A stretch of 64,000 bases of DNA from Somniosus microcephalus (taxonomy: Eukaryota), in contig CM126210.1 of the NCBI GenBank assembly GCA_052327205.1, forward strand, positions 164,362,001 to 164,426,000, read 5' to 3'. The translations under genes and the position numbers were made by a program. The notes beneath the pieces are model-generated. The model was not told where the DNA came from and did no database searches. It worked only from the letters and a program-made list of their open reading frames with translations. Within the stretch, counting starts at the first letter, position 1; the number at the start of each line of letters is the position of its first letter. Below are positions 12,836 through 26,151 of this stretch, piece by piece.

Positions 12836-13341
12836 GTAAGTAGTCATCAGCCCAGCAGAGTGCTGTCCTTCCCTTTATTGACAAATTAAAACAAATTCTT
12901 GTTGCTTGCAAAATACACTTTGAACTCATCCATTATATCTAACTGCTTTCCCAGTTAGACAAAAAGGGATTATTAGGCAATATGGTTGCATGATGATCTA
13001 ATGTGTTGGAGTTCATGGTGTGGTAAGATTCAAGTTCATAGCCATGATTCACCCACCACATGATTTTAGCTCTTCCGCCATGGGAGAGAAGGAAAATCAC
13101 AAGATTAGTCACCTGCAGATACTTCTCAAGCACCTCCTCTCAAACAACTACAAAAAAAAAACTCTAACTTACAACAACAGTCTGAAATACTAGTGAACCT
13201 CCTGTAGAGATGTTCATGATGTGGTGTTTATAAAAGGAGGAACTTGCTTTTATATAGCATCTTTCATGTCTTCAGGACATTCCAAAAGCGCTTCACAACA
13301 AATGAAGTGCTTTTGAAGTGTAGTTACTGTTGTAATATACA

Positions 13342-14065
13342 CAACAACTTGCATTTATACAGCGTCTTTAACGAAGTAAAATGACCCAAGGCGTTTCACA
13401 GGAGCGTTATCAAATAAAGTTTGGCACTGAGCCACATAAGGAGATGTTAGGACAGGTGGCCAAAAGCTTGGTCAAAGAGGTAGGTTTTAAGGAGCGTCTT
13501 AAAGGAGGAGTGAAAAGTAGAGAGGCAGAGAGGTTTAAGGAAGGGAATTCCAGAGCTTAGGGCCTAGGCAGCTGAAGGTACAACCGCCAATGGTGGAGCA
13601 ATGAAAATCTGGATTGCACAAGAGGTCAGAATTGGAGGAGCGCAGAAATCTCGGAGGGTTGTAGGGCTGGAGGAGATTACAGAGATAAAGAGGGGCGAGG
13701 CCAAGGATGGATTTAAAAACAAGGATGAGATTTTTTTTAATTGAGGCTTTGCTGGACCAGGTACCAATGTAGGTCAGCAAGCACAGGGTTGATGAGTGAA
13801 CAGGACTTTGTGCGAGCTAAGATACGGTGCAGCAGAGTTTTGGATGAGCTCAAGTTTACAGAAGGTGCAAGGTGGGGAACTGACCAGGAGAGCGTTGGAA
13901 TATTCAAGTCTAGAGGTAACTAAGGCACGGACAAGGGTTTCAGCAGCAGGTGAACTGCAGCAGGGACAGAGATGGGCAATGTTACAAAGGTGGAAGTAGG
14001 CGGTCTTGATGCTGCAGAGGATATGGGGTCGGAAGCTCAACTCAGGGTCAAATAGGATGGCAATA
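13342..14065 (-). mobile_element. L2 LINE 3' fragment inserted in a DeuSINE-like SINE (flanks about 13240-13341 and 14066-14200)
   Basis: L2 C-terminal motifs (LVTSRLEYSNALL, LELIQNSAA, APLYLCNLL, GPKLWNSLP) and a (caa)n tail. Confidence 0.8.
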
Positions 14066-14491
14066 TAGGGAAACATGGCACAAATTTGCACACATCAAGG
14101 TCCCACAAACAGCAATGAGATTAATAACCGGATAATCTGATTTAGTGGTGTTGGTTGAGGGATGAAATTTAAACAGGACACCGGGAGAAATCCTATGTTC
14201 TTAAACAGAAAATGCTGGAAATATTCAGCAGGTCAGGCAGCATCTGTGGAGAGAGAAACAGAGTTAACGTTTCAGCTGTCCATAGAGAAAAATTAGCCCC
14301 CCAAACCAGCTATACCTCAAAGATATTGGCAATTATCCTGACCCCGAGAGGCCCATTGTTCCCAGCGTGTACTCAACTGCTCCAATGCGTCAGTGTATTC
14401 TCAAAATTATACAGTGGTTTCACAAAATATACGTATGTATTTTACCTCATTTACATTTTTTTTAAACCAACAATTTTTCTGCTTTTTTCAG

Positions 14492-14602
14492 CTTCAAAGC
14501 AGTCAGATGGAACTGGATGCACTGAAGTCCCGTAAGGCAGTACTGGAGGCTCAGAATAAAGAGGCAGCAAATAAATATAAAAAGGAGATTGAAGAATACC
14601 AG
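14492..14602 (+). CDS. IF gene exon, 111 nt: LQSSQMELDALKSRK...EIEEYQ
   Basis: ttttttcag/gtattc splice sites; aligns to vimentin VQSLTCEVDALKG...ANYQ. Confidence 0.93.
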
Positions 14603-16439
14603 GTATTCACAGTGGGTTTACTTCACTTTGGGCCTGAAATGCAATCTAGGTAAACAATTTAAAAGCATTTGCAACCATTTGTCCTGAAAGTTAAAGAACA
14701 GCTAATTAGTATTCTGATTGAGGATGAATTCTCTATTTAGCAGTAAATCGATATTGGCCCGGATTTTGCAGTCAGCAGTGAAGGAACGGCGCTCACTGTT
14801 CATTGCGCTGACAGCTGCCCGCAGACTTTTTGCGGGCTTTTGAGCGGCAACTTGCTGTCATCGGGCATCTGATCCAGCGCGGCGTCCCCTACAGGAGCTC
14901 TGTGGCTTGTGTGAGCAGGGAAAGCAACAGTGTATCTCCTCAACCAATCCAACTGAAGAATCCTCACTGAGACACACTGGGGGAAATTTTAACCTAAAAA
15001 AACAGGTGGGTTGTGGGTGTGTGGGTAGTTAAAGTGTTCAAAATGTGAATCCTGACCTGAACCCACCTCCAACCCGCCCACTTCCAGTTTTAACGGAGGC
15101 GGGACCGGGGACAAGCAGCAAATCCGCTGCCAGGAGGCAGGTCATCTATTTAAATATAAGGTGGCTGAAAGCCGCTGCTTTAACCGCCATTTTGAACTTA
15201 ACCTTCGCTGGTCAGGTTTTGCAGGCCTTGTGAAAGCCGTCAGCTAAAGCAAGGCGAGGACTGCTGGATCCAAGAGGTAAATGTCTTTACACTTACTTCC
15301 TGGATCCAGGGTCCTTACCTAACCCACCCCCTGTGATCAGAGACCCCCCCCCCCCACGAGGCCTCCCCCACCCCACCATACCATGCTCCTCTGGCCGCCG
15401 ATCTTTGCTGACATTCCCCCGCTCCTCTGGCCCTCCCCAAGCTGCGCCCGGCCCCCGATCCTTCAGCGAATGTCCCCTGCCCCGATCCTCCTTCGGCCGC
15501 CTTCTGGCCCACAATCGCTAATACACCACCTCCCCCACACTCCTCCAGCCGCCCCCTGGCCCCCACGCAATCGCTGCCTCCCAACTCTGTGCAGCCTAGT
15601 ACCGCTGGCCTACCTGCCCAGAGCCTGCCAGCCTCTCAATCTGGCTGGCTGTGGGTGGGAAATAAAGGCTGTAATGTATATACCTTTAAGGGGGGAACTA
15701 CTTTTTACAGCTCATGTATACTGTAGTACCGGCAGTGACCACACCTGTATATAGCACTGAGTAGTAATCTGTACAGTTCAGTTCCAGAGTGAGCCACGTT
15801 GAGTAAACACCTGTTGTACCGTTCTCCTGCAGTCTGTGTCTTACTACTGACAGACACAACATTGGCGACGAGGCAAATTCGATCCTACCTGCAACTCTGC
15901 ATCACCTCCCAGGGATTCGTTCCTGGAGACCAGTAGATCGGAGGTCAAGGCCAGAGACACGGGCGTCGACCACGGGCAACCGCCCAGTCATCCAGCAGAG
16001 ACTCGAGAATTGCGGGGGAGGCTGTTGAGAGCCAGGCTTGGCTTTCCAGTCGCGGTGGTCCAGCGAAACTGGCTGGCAACAGGTAGTGCGCAGACCCTTC
16101 CCGGACAGCGGCGGGCTAGAGCCCGACCGAGCGGCACAGCAAAGGGCTGAGCAGCGTCGATGGGAGAGAGAGAGAGAGGGCAGAGCGCACAGGGTGCAGC
16201 CGGTGTTCAGGGGCCGAGCAGCGTTGAGGAGAGGGAGAGAGACGCGCAGAAACCCGCGAGGCGCCGCCATTACCATGAGGACCGCCGAGAGCGGCGTTGG
16301 CAGCAGCGCAGGAGAAGCACGTGAAACCTACAGGGCGCCGCCATTGCCATGAGGACCGCCGAGAGCGGCGTTGGCAGCAGCGGGGGAGGAAGGAAAGCGC
16401 GGGAGATGCCATTTTAAGCCATTTTTAACCACACCCAAA

Positions 16440-19400
16440 ATGCCGAAGAGTGGCAGTATCACCGCATTTGACAATGAAGTCGAAGATTGGACTACATATG
16501 TCGAACGAATAGAGGTATACTGCAAGGCAAATGAGGTGTCAGATGACAAGAAAGCGCCGGTATTGTTAAATTTAATGGGTGCAAAAACGTATGGCTTATT
16601 ACAAAATCTAGTAACCCCAGCGAAGCCAGTGGAAAAGAGTTTTGGAGACATAGTGACGATACTACAGGAACATTTAAACCCCACACCGCTGTTGATAGCA
16701 GAAAGATTCAAGTTTCACAAACGGAACCAGCATAAGGATGAAAGCAATGCTGAATATTTAACAGAACTGCGCAAACTATCGAAACATTGCCAGTTTGGAA
16801 CGGGACTGGCAGATACCTTAAGGGACAAGTTTGTGTGTGGGCTTCAAAGTGAAGGAACCCAGAAACGGCTTTTATCTGAAAAGGACCTTACGCTGGACAA
16901 GGCTTTCAGCATTGCGGTATCATATGAAGCAGCAACACGGGGCGCTGCAGAGATACAACAGAGACCGCAAGAATATGGCACAAATGAAATGTCATACAGA
17001 ACAGAGAAGTGCTATCGCTGCGGCAGAACAACACATGACCACAATGATTGCTGGTTCAAAGACAAAGTGTGCAGACAGTGTGGAAAAGTAGGACACATAG
17101 CACGAGTCTGCAGGTCGGGAAAGAAAACCAGCAATAAGAAATCTCAAAGAAAAGTACAAGAAGGTACATAAGGTGACGGAGAATAGTTCAGATGAACAAA
17201 AGAGTGATACCGACTCCGAAAGCAGGGAGCTGAGTTGTCTGAAACTACATAATGTGATCAAAACGGAGGATCACCGAACCATTTGGGTCACTCTCAAGAT
17301 AGCAGGAGTCCAGGTAAAAATGGAATTGGACACAGGATCAGCCCTATCAGTCATAAACCAATGGGACTATGAGCGGCTATTCTCACATATACCCTTGAGA
17401 GACACAAACATTATTTTGAAGACGTACACGGGGCAAAAAGTCTACCCCAAAGGAAAAATAAGGGTGACCGTTATATATAACGGTAAGGAAACACCAAAAC
17501 TAGACCTGTATGTATTGCAAGATGGAGGACCACCATTACTGGGACGTGAATGGATCCGGAAAATACAGCTGGATTGGCATTCCATACAAGCACTGACTGT
17601 GGCTGCCAAAAAGGATGACGACATCACACCTGGGCGACTGTCAAAGATCCTAACCGACGCACAAGAAGTGTTCCAGCAAGGACTCGGAACACTAAAAGGC
17701 ATGACAGCAACAATTAAAATTGAAGAAAACACAAGCCCAAAATTTTTTAAGGCCAGACCGGTACCTTATGCGATCCGCCCAGCTGTCGAAGCAGAGCTGG
17801 AGAGTTTGGAATGTTCAGGAGTACTGTCCAAGGTAGACTGGAGCGAGTGGGCTACACCCATCGTCCCTGTGATGAAAAAGTCGTTGAGCAGCAGGCCTGG
17901 GGAACCAAGGAAGGTTCGCATCTGTGGGGACTTTAAGGTAACAGTGAACCCAGTCCTTCACACCGTGCAATATCCACTTCCGCAGATTGAAGATATTTTC
18001 GCCTTGCTATCTGGAGGGAAATGCTTCACTAAGATTGATCTGGCCCAGGCGTATCTGCAAATGGAGGTAGAAGAAGCATCAAAAAAAAACCTCACAATCA
18101 ACACCCATAAAGGTCTCTACCAATACAACCGGCTGGTATTCGGGGTAGCATCAGCTCCGGCTATTTGGCAAAGGGCAATGGAACAAGTCCTGCAAGGGAT
18201 CCCAGGGACCCAGTGTTATTTGGACAACATCCTGGTCACGGGCGAAAATGACAGTGATCACCTCGCCAACCTGGAGCAGGTGCTCACTAGATTGAAGGAA
18301 TATGGGCTCCGAGCTAACCGCCCCAAATGCGAGTTTTTTAAAAAACAGATCTCGTATTGTGGCCACGTTATCAATAAAGAGGGGTTACATAAGTCCCCAG
18401 AAAAGATTGAGGCAGTAGTCAAGGCTCCAGCACCGGAAAACGTGTCACAACTGAGGTCGTTCCTCGGGCTGGTAAACTACTACCATAAGTTCTTGCCAAA
18501 TTTGTCTACAATACTACACCCGCTGAACACCCTACTGCAAACTGGAGTGCCATGGAAGTGGAGTGACGAATGTAAATGAGCTTTCCAGAAGAGCAAAACA
18601 CTAATCACATCGAAAGAGGTATTGGCCCATTTCAACCCAGCACTACCAATTCGGTTGGCGTGTGATGCATCACCCTATGGCATTGGAGCGGTGCTGTCGC
18701 ACAAATTCTCGGACGGCTCAGAGAGGCCAATAGCCTTTGCGTCACGATCACTAACCTCAGCCGAGCGTAACTACGCCCAGATTGACAGGGAGGCCCTCAG
18801 CCTAGTGTGGGGAGTGAAAAAGTTCAATCACTATCTGCACGGGCAGAAATTCACATTGCTGACTGACCACCAGCCTCTTGTCTCCATTTTTAATCCGAAG
18901 AAGGGCGTTCCGGTGATGACTGCGCAACGACTACAAAGATGGTCACTCTTTCTAGGGGTGCACCACTATGAGATTGAATATAAGGGCACGAAACAACATG
19001 GAAATGCTGATGGGCTATCACGCCTGCCACTGCCTACTGCGGAGGAAGCACCAGCAGTGGATCCTGTCGAAATATTTCATTCGACTATAGTTGAATACCT
19101 ACCGGTAACTAACGCTCGTATAGAAAAGGAGACCCGAAATGACCCGACACTGTCTCGAGTACATGATTTGACGGTGAAGGGATGGCCAGCACATGGCGAC
19201 TCACTGTTGCCAGCATTCTCGACAAGAAGAGAACAGCTGTCAGTGTGCCGGGGGACCTTGATGTGTGGATCCCGAGTGGTAATTCCACTCAAGTTAAAGG
19301 ATAGAGTGCTAAATGAGCTTCATGAGGGTCATCTGGGAGGGGTAAAAATGAAAAGCCTTGCTAGGGCTTATGTGTGGTGGCCGGGAATCGATAAACAAAT

Positions 19401-22400
19401 CGAGGACCTGACCAAGAGCTGCTCAGGATGCCAGAAAGTCCAAAATGCACCACCACATGCCCCTCTACACCCATGGGCGTGGCCCTCATCTCCATGGCAA
19501 CGGTTGCATATTGATTTTGCTGGTCCATTCATGGACTCAATGTTTTTAATAGCCATGGATGCGCACTCGAAATGGCCTGAGGTCATCAAAATGTCCTCCA
19601 CCACCACGGAGAAAACTATTGCAGTCCTACGGACCATTTTTGCCAGGAACGGCTTGCCGGAACAGATCTGCTCCGATAACGGACCACAGTTTGTGTCCGA
19701 AGAGTTCCGGAGGTTTATGAAGAAGAATGGGGTAAGGCATTACACATCCACCCCGTATCATCCAGCCACAAATGGATTGGCTGAGAGGTTCGTACAAACC
19801 TTTAAGAAGGCAATAAATGCTATGTACAATGACAACATTCCGCTGCAGCATAAGGTGGACAATTTCCTGTTCGCCTACCGGAATGCGGCACATGCAGTCA
19901 CCAACCAGGCCCCGGCCATGATGTTCTTTAACCGAAGGTTAAGATCTCGCCTGGATTTGCTCAGACCAAACGTACGAAGAGATGTTGAGAGTAAGCAATT
20001 CCAGCACATCCATGAGAAGCCAACAAGGAGCTTCAATGTAGGGCAACCAGTCTTGGCCCGCGACTACCGAACAGAAAAATGGCAGCCAGGAACGATATGC
20101 ACACGGCAGGGCCCACTAATGTACACAGTGGACGTTGGGGAGAATATCGTGAGACGCCATGCTGACCAGATCCTAGAGTCACAGGAACAAGTCAACCCCA
20201 TGCCTCGCCCATACGTACCTGGTGAGGAACATAGAAGATAGGAGCAGGAGTAGGCCATTCGGCCCTTCGAGCCTGCTCCGCCATTCAATGAGATCATGGC
20301 TGATCATCCAAATTCAGTACCCTGTCCCTGCCTTCTCCCCATATCCCTTGATCCCTTTAGCCTCAAGAAATATATCCAACTCTTTCTTGAATATATTTAA
20401 TGAACTGGCCTCCACCGCCCTCTGTGGCAGAGAATTCCACAGGTTCACCACTCTCTGGGTGAAGAAGTTCCTCCTCATTTCAGTCCTAAATGGCTTACCC
20501 CTTATCCTTAGACTATGACCCCTGGTTCTGGACTCCCCGGCCATCTGAAACATCATTCCTGCATCTAGTCTGTCCAGACCTGACAGAATTTTATAGGTTT
20601 CGATGAGATCCCCTCTCAATCTTCTAAACTCCAGTGAGTATAAGCCCAATCGACACAATCTCTCCTCATACGTCATTCCTGCCATCCCAGGTATCAGCCT
20701 GGTGAATCTTCGCTGCACTCCCTCCATGGCAAGAACGTCCTTCCTCAGGTAAGGTGACCAAAACTGCACACAATACTCAAGGTGCGGTCTCACGAAGGCC
20801 CTGTACAACTGTAGCAAGACATCCTTGTTCCTGTACTCAAACACTCTTGCTACGAAGACCAACATACCATTTGCCTTCTTAACCGCCTGCTGCACCTGCA
20901 TGCTTACCTTCAGCGACTGGTGCACAATAACACGCAGGTCTCTTTGCACTTCTCCTTCTCCCAATCTATTGCCATTCAAATAATAATCTGCCTTCCTGTT
21001 TTTGCCACCAAAGTGGATAACCTCACATTTATCCACATTATAGTGCATTTGCCATGTTTCTGCCCAATCACCCAACCTGTCCAAATCATACTGGGGTTTC
21101 ACGACATCCTCCTCACAGCTTACCCTCCCACCAAGCTTTGTGTCATCTGCAAATTTGGAGATATTACATCCAATTCCCTCGTCCAGATCATTAATATATA
21201 TTGTGAACAGCTGGGGTCCTAGGACCGATCCTTGCGGTACCCCACTAGTCACTGCCTGCCACTCGGAAAACGACCCGTTTATTCCAACTCTTTGCTTTCT
21301 GTCCGCCAACCAGTTCTCTATCCAAGTCAATACCTTGCCCCCAATCCCATGTGCCTTAATTTTGCACGCTAATCTCTTGTGTGGGACCTTATCGAAAGCC
21401 TTCTGAAAGTCCAAATACACCACATCCACTGGTTCTCCCTTATCTATTTTACCAGTTACATCCTCAAAAAATTCCAGTAGATTAGTCAAGCATGATCTAC
21501 CTTTTGTAAATCCATGCTGACTTTGTCCGATCCTCTCATTGTTTTCCAAGTGCTCTGCTATTACATCTTTTATAATAGACTCCAGCATTTTCCCCACTAC
21601 CGATGTCAGGCTTACCGGCCTATGATTCCCCGCTTTTTCTCTACCACCTTTTTTGAATAGTGGGGTAACATTAGCTACCCTCCAATCCATGGGTACCGTT
21701 CCAGAGTCTATCGAGTTCTGGAAGATGACCAGCAATGCATCTACTATCTCTAGAGCCACTTCCTTCAGTACCCTGGGATGTAGACCATCAGGCCCTGGGG
21801 ATTTATCGGCCTTCAGTCCCATCAATTTTCCTAACACCATTTCCCTACAAATACTGATTTCTTTCAGTTCCTCCCTTTCAACAGACCCTATGTTCCCCGA
21901 CATCTCTGGGAGGTTATTTGTGTCCTCCTTTGTGAAGACAGAACCAAAGTATGTATTTAGTTGGTCTGCCATTTCCTTGTTTCCCATTATAAATTCCCCT
22001 GATTCTGACTGTAAGGGACCTATGCTTGACTTCACCAATCTTTTTCTCTTCACATATCTATAAAAGCTTTTACAGTCAGTTTTTATGTTCCCTGATAGCT
22101 TACTCTCATATTCTATTTTCCCTTTCTTAATTAATCCCTTTGTCCTCCTTTGTTGACTCCTAAACTGCTCCCAATCCTCAGGATTATTGCTTTTTCTAGC
22201 CAATTTATATGTCCTCTCCTTGGATCTTATGCTATCCCTAATTTCCCTTGTTAGCCACGGTTGAGTCACCTTTTTTGTTTTATTTTTATGCCAAACTGGG
22301 ATGAACAAATTCTGTAGCTCATCCATTCGGTCTTTGAATGTTTGCCATTGCCTATCCACTGTCAACCCTTTGAGTGCCATTCCCCAATCAATCCTACCCA

Positions 22401-22871
22401 ACTTGCTCCTCAGACCATCGTAGTTTCCTTTATTTAAATTGAGGACCCTTGTCTCTGAGTCAACTACTTCGTTCTCCATCTTAATGAAGAATTCGATCAT
22501 ATTATGATCGCTCCGACCCAAGGGGCCTCGTACAACAAGATTGCTAATTAATCCTTTCTCGTTACATAATACCCAGTCTAAGATGGCCTGATCTCTGGTT
22601 GGTTCCTCGACATATTGGTCCAGGAAACCATCCCGTAAACACTCCAGGAATTCCTCCTCCACAGTATTGTTACTAATTTGGTTGGCCCAATCTATATGTA
22701 GATTAAAGTCACCCATGATGACTGCTGTGCCCTTATTGCACGCTAGCATCGGAAGCTGATGACCCAACCGACGACAGGGTGCCAGAATCGCCTCCGCACC
22801 AAGAGCGAGACACTCTGGAAAGGCGCTATCCAGAAAGGATCAGAAAGCCTCCCCAAAGACTGAATATATAA
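16440..22871 (+). pseudogene. Gypsy gag-pol (two CCHC knuckles, protease, RT, RNase H, integrase), inactivated
   Basis: CYRCGRTTHDHNDC, CRQCGKVGHIARVC, LDTGS, CDAS, HIDF, SDNG and NGLAER motifs. Lesions: frameshift near 17140-17170, RT YLDN instead of YLDD, TGA at 18577, and a CR1 in the integrase tail, which resumes at 22744-22871 (...RRYPERIRKPPQRLNI*). Confidence 0.92.
20228..22743 (-). mobile_element. 5'-truncated young CR1 LINE with uninterrupted ORF2, inserted in the Gypsy integrase
   Basis: About 810 codons without a stop, with QHGF, DFQKAFD, PQGSVLGP and FADD; CR1 3'UTR and ttctatgt tail; homology to the first CR1 ends at 22743. Confidence 0.95.
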
Positions 22872-24065
22872 ATGGACTATTTTCAGCTAACGTTGTATGT
22901 TAAAAGTGTTAATTGTAATTAGTTTGATATTTAATTGTTAAGTGAGTGTTATGGTACTGTTAATCTAAAAGGGGAGGAATTGTAATGTATATACCTTTAA
23001 GGGGGGAACTACTTTTTACAGCTCATGTATACTGTAGTACCGGCAGTGACCACACCTGTATATAGCACTGAGTAGTAATCTGTACAGTTCAGTTCCAGAG
23101 TGAGCCACGTTGAGTAAACACCTGTTGTACCGTTCTCCTGCAGTCTGTGTCTTACTACTGACGGACACAACAAAGGCTTCCCATTCAAATCATTAAATGC
23201 CGAATATAACGGCAGGGCCTGTGGGAAAACATTTCTCCCAAGTTTCCCGACCGCTTCCGACCCCCACCCCCACGCTGCTCCCAACCCACCTTCCCCATTA
23301 AAATTCAGCCCACAGAGTCTAAATCAAGAAGTATAAATTAGAATATTTAATTCAATGTAAAATCATGTACAGAAAGGGAAATAGAGAGGGAAAGAAAGAT
23401 AGGGTTGAGAGAGATAAAGACAGAAAGAAAAAGTTTAAAAAAAAATTATTTTTGTTTTATTTCTCCAACAAAACTAAAGGAATGAGATTCCATACTTGTA
23501 AAATTAAATTTTCAGTGCCAGAGAGGTTGTTGGCAGTAATTAAGACTTATCACGCCGTTAAAAATTAATTTACACCTGATAAGCCCTAATTTTTTTTGGA
23601 GTGTTTAGTGGGTAACTAGTGGGTAAGTACTGCAACTTCACGCTCTTCATGTGTTCTAATGTTGAATCTATCGGCGAGGTACTGGAGTAGCAAAGCTTGT
23701 GGGGGAGTAGGGCAAATCGGACAGCAACTCCCAGATTTCTGCGTTTAACTGTGCATGTGCGGACGCCAGAAGTTGCTGTCCAATTTACCCCATAACGGTG
23801 AGTGCTGATAGCTATTCCTATTGCAAAATCCGGGTGATTATGTTATGCTGCCAAAATATCTTTAAATTGCTTAAAAAAGTTACAGCAATTTTGCCATTGC
23901 ACTGTATGCTGTTTATATAGAATAAGTAGTGAAAATGAATCCTGATAACTACCTGCATTTAGACGCTGCACTTTGAGCAGCAATGTGAGTACTGGTGGCT
24001 TCAAATAATTGAAAATTTCTCTTGGCAAATTATCACAAAGTAATTTTAAAATGTTTCTCCTGCAG

Positions 24066-24190
24066 ATCAAAATTGAGAGCTTACAACAAGAACTGAGTAC
24101 CATCAAGGAAAAGATAGCTTTGCATTTACGTGAATATCAAGACCTGCTCAACATTAAGATGGCACTGGAGGTTGAAATTACGACATACAG
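24066..24190 (+). CDS. IF gene exon, 125 nt, phase 0/2: [10 protein letters not shown]...[22 protein letters not shown]
   Basis: ctgcag/gtaagg splice sites; IF helix-termination consensus. Confidence 0.97.
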
Positions 24191-25121
24191 GTAAGGGACT
24201 TTCCATAGAGATAAAAATAAAAACATAAACTGCTGGAAATACAAGCAGGTCCATTCGTATCTGAAAAGAAAAATGATATGTTAATACTTCAGGTAGTGCC
24301 CCTTCATCAGATGTTACAAAGAAAGGGTCATTTTCCAACTCTGTGCTCTGAGTGAGGAGTTTCACCTGCATCTTGGAAATTCAGTTGTACGCTACGCCTG
24401 AATTTCCAACCATTTACCTGAAGTGTTAACCTATCGTTTATCCTTTCAGGCCCTGGTGGATTTACTATAATTTAATTTACTTCGAAATTAGTTAGAAGAA
24501 AATAACAATTAAATGAGTGCAAAAGCAAACCTGGTTTCCGTGGCCCTTCTGAAGTTATGGAGGATGAACTCCTGGGTAAATTCATCCCATAGACTCTGGA
24601 TTGTCAGTAGAGGAAAAAAAGGAAGAATTTTGTTCACAGTGAAGTTTATTAGAACATGGATTATTACCACAAGTGTCTATTGAGGCAAAAACTGTAATAT
24701 AATTTAAAAGGGCATTGGCTAAGTGTTTGCGAGGTAAGAATATAAAAAGATACAGATAAACGGCAGAGAAATGAGACAGCTCCAGTTCAAGAGCTAGTAT
24801 CAGCACAGGTGCGTTGGCCTCAATGGTCTCCTTCTGTGCAATAAATCCTATGGGAGGGGCGATTTTCATCTACAAGTCTGTCAGTTCTAAACAGTTTAAA
24901 ACTGGTCCTAATCCAACCTGAATTTTAAGTTCAAATACTCTCCAGTCTAAGCTAACTTCAATAATTATTCATAACTCCAGAAGTAAAGTCAAACGTGTCT
25001 GAGGAAGATACTAGGAACATAGGAACAGGAGTAGGCCATTCAGCCCCTCGAGCCTGTTCCACCATTCAATGTGATCATGGCTGATCTGTATCCTAACTCC
25101 ATCCACCTGCCTTGGCTCCAT

Positions 25122-25991
25122 GGGGGAAAAATTCGGTTGGTTTGCGCCTCCTGTTAGCACCTTAAGAGGGCGCTAATGGGGCGCAAAGCAACTAGCGCCC
25201 GTACACGGCAATGTTTGCGCCGCTCACGAAATTAACTAGACATTTTGCGGCGGCGCTAAACACTACCGCCACGATCTCCTGCGTTGGCAACGCCCCGGTA
25301 GCGCCCCATACCCGATATTGAGTGGTGCCCTCTGCCTTACCACCTGCTGCTAGCAATGACAAGTTGAGGGGAGCGTTTTGCAGTCAGGAAGGGACTGGGG
25401 GAGCGTTATTTAAAGGCGACCGCTTCCTGCCTTTTTTTGTTGGTGACATTTTTGCACCACGCATTCTGAGAGAGAGAGAGAGAGACTTCTGGAGAGATTC
25501 AACACTGTGTGAAGGAGTTTTGGGTACTGAGCAGCACTTTGCAGGTTCATTTTGACTTGCCCTTCCTTGTATCGATTTAGAAGAGACTGTGGGGACTGCA
25601 CTCTGAGCTCGTTCCCTGGGTCTCTCCATTGTTCTTTCCAGCAGATTTGATGTACAGGTCTCGCCAGGCCGAGATTCAAGGCTGCAATGAGCAGGATGTG
25701 GGTGGAGAGCAAGATGAACCCTCCCCTTTAAGAACTGGCCAGCGCCATTGTGTCTGTGTTCCATTGCTGACTGACATCACATGAGCTTCGCCAGCACTCT
25801 GAGGTAGCGCCTCGCTCCTCGGCCTTTGCGTCTTAAGACAGGTGTGTAGCGCCTGATTTAGCGCTCCAATCGCCTCCAGAGGCGATAAAAGCCAAGTTTG
25901 CAGTCGGAGGCGATAATTAGCGCCAGGTGCTAATCTTTGCGCCCGGCCGACTAATTGCGCCCCAAATAGGGCGCTACTGAATTTCTCCCCC
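25122..25991. mobile_element. Harbinger-type MITE, next to a minus-strand CR1 3' tail fragment (about 25012-25120)
   Basis: TIR gggggaaaaattcggt / actgaatttctccccc; many gcgcc subterminal repeats. Confidence 0.72.
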
Positions 25992-26151
25992 ATGAACTTG
26001 AAGCATCCCCATTAGCAAATCTACTGGCACTAGTAAAGGGAAAGTGGGGCAAAAATAAATAATTAATGAGAACTAGCACAAAGGTTGACAAAAAAAAAAT
26101 CTGCCGTTTAGGCTTTCATGAGACTGGGCCATAACAGGTCTAAAACACCTA

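Larger units (their letters stand above)
15670..23172 (+). mobile_element. Full-length Ty3/Gypsy LTR retrotransposon (Mag-like)
   Basis: 192-bp TG...CA LTRs at 15670-15861 and 22981-23172 with one mismatch seen; 5-bp TSD AAGGC; PBS tggcgacgagg (matches the tRNA-Ser(GCU) 3' end); PPT aaaaggggaggaa. Confidence 0.97.
14979..23311. mobile_element. Inner Harbinger-type MITE split by the Gypsy element
   Basis: Imperfect TIR gggggaaattttaa / ttaaaattcagccc with G-rich and C-rich subterminal tracts; flanks ACT/ACA. Confidence 0.6.
14756..23836. mobile_element. Outer Harbinger-type MITE split by nested insertions
   Basis: TIR ggcccggattttgca / tgcaaaatccgggtg; ATT on both sides. Confidence 0.7.

Noticed and set aside
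17120-17175. Programmed frameshift between Gypsy gag and pol
   Set aside because: Mag-like elements usually have a single ORF, the pol frame already reads KYKKVHKV before the gag stop, and the copy has other lesions, so an indel is more likely.
22744-22767. Start codon and N-terminus of the 817-aa CR1 ORF
   Set aside because: These codons are antisense Gypsy sequence beyond the CR1 truncation point.
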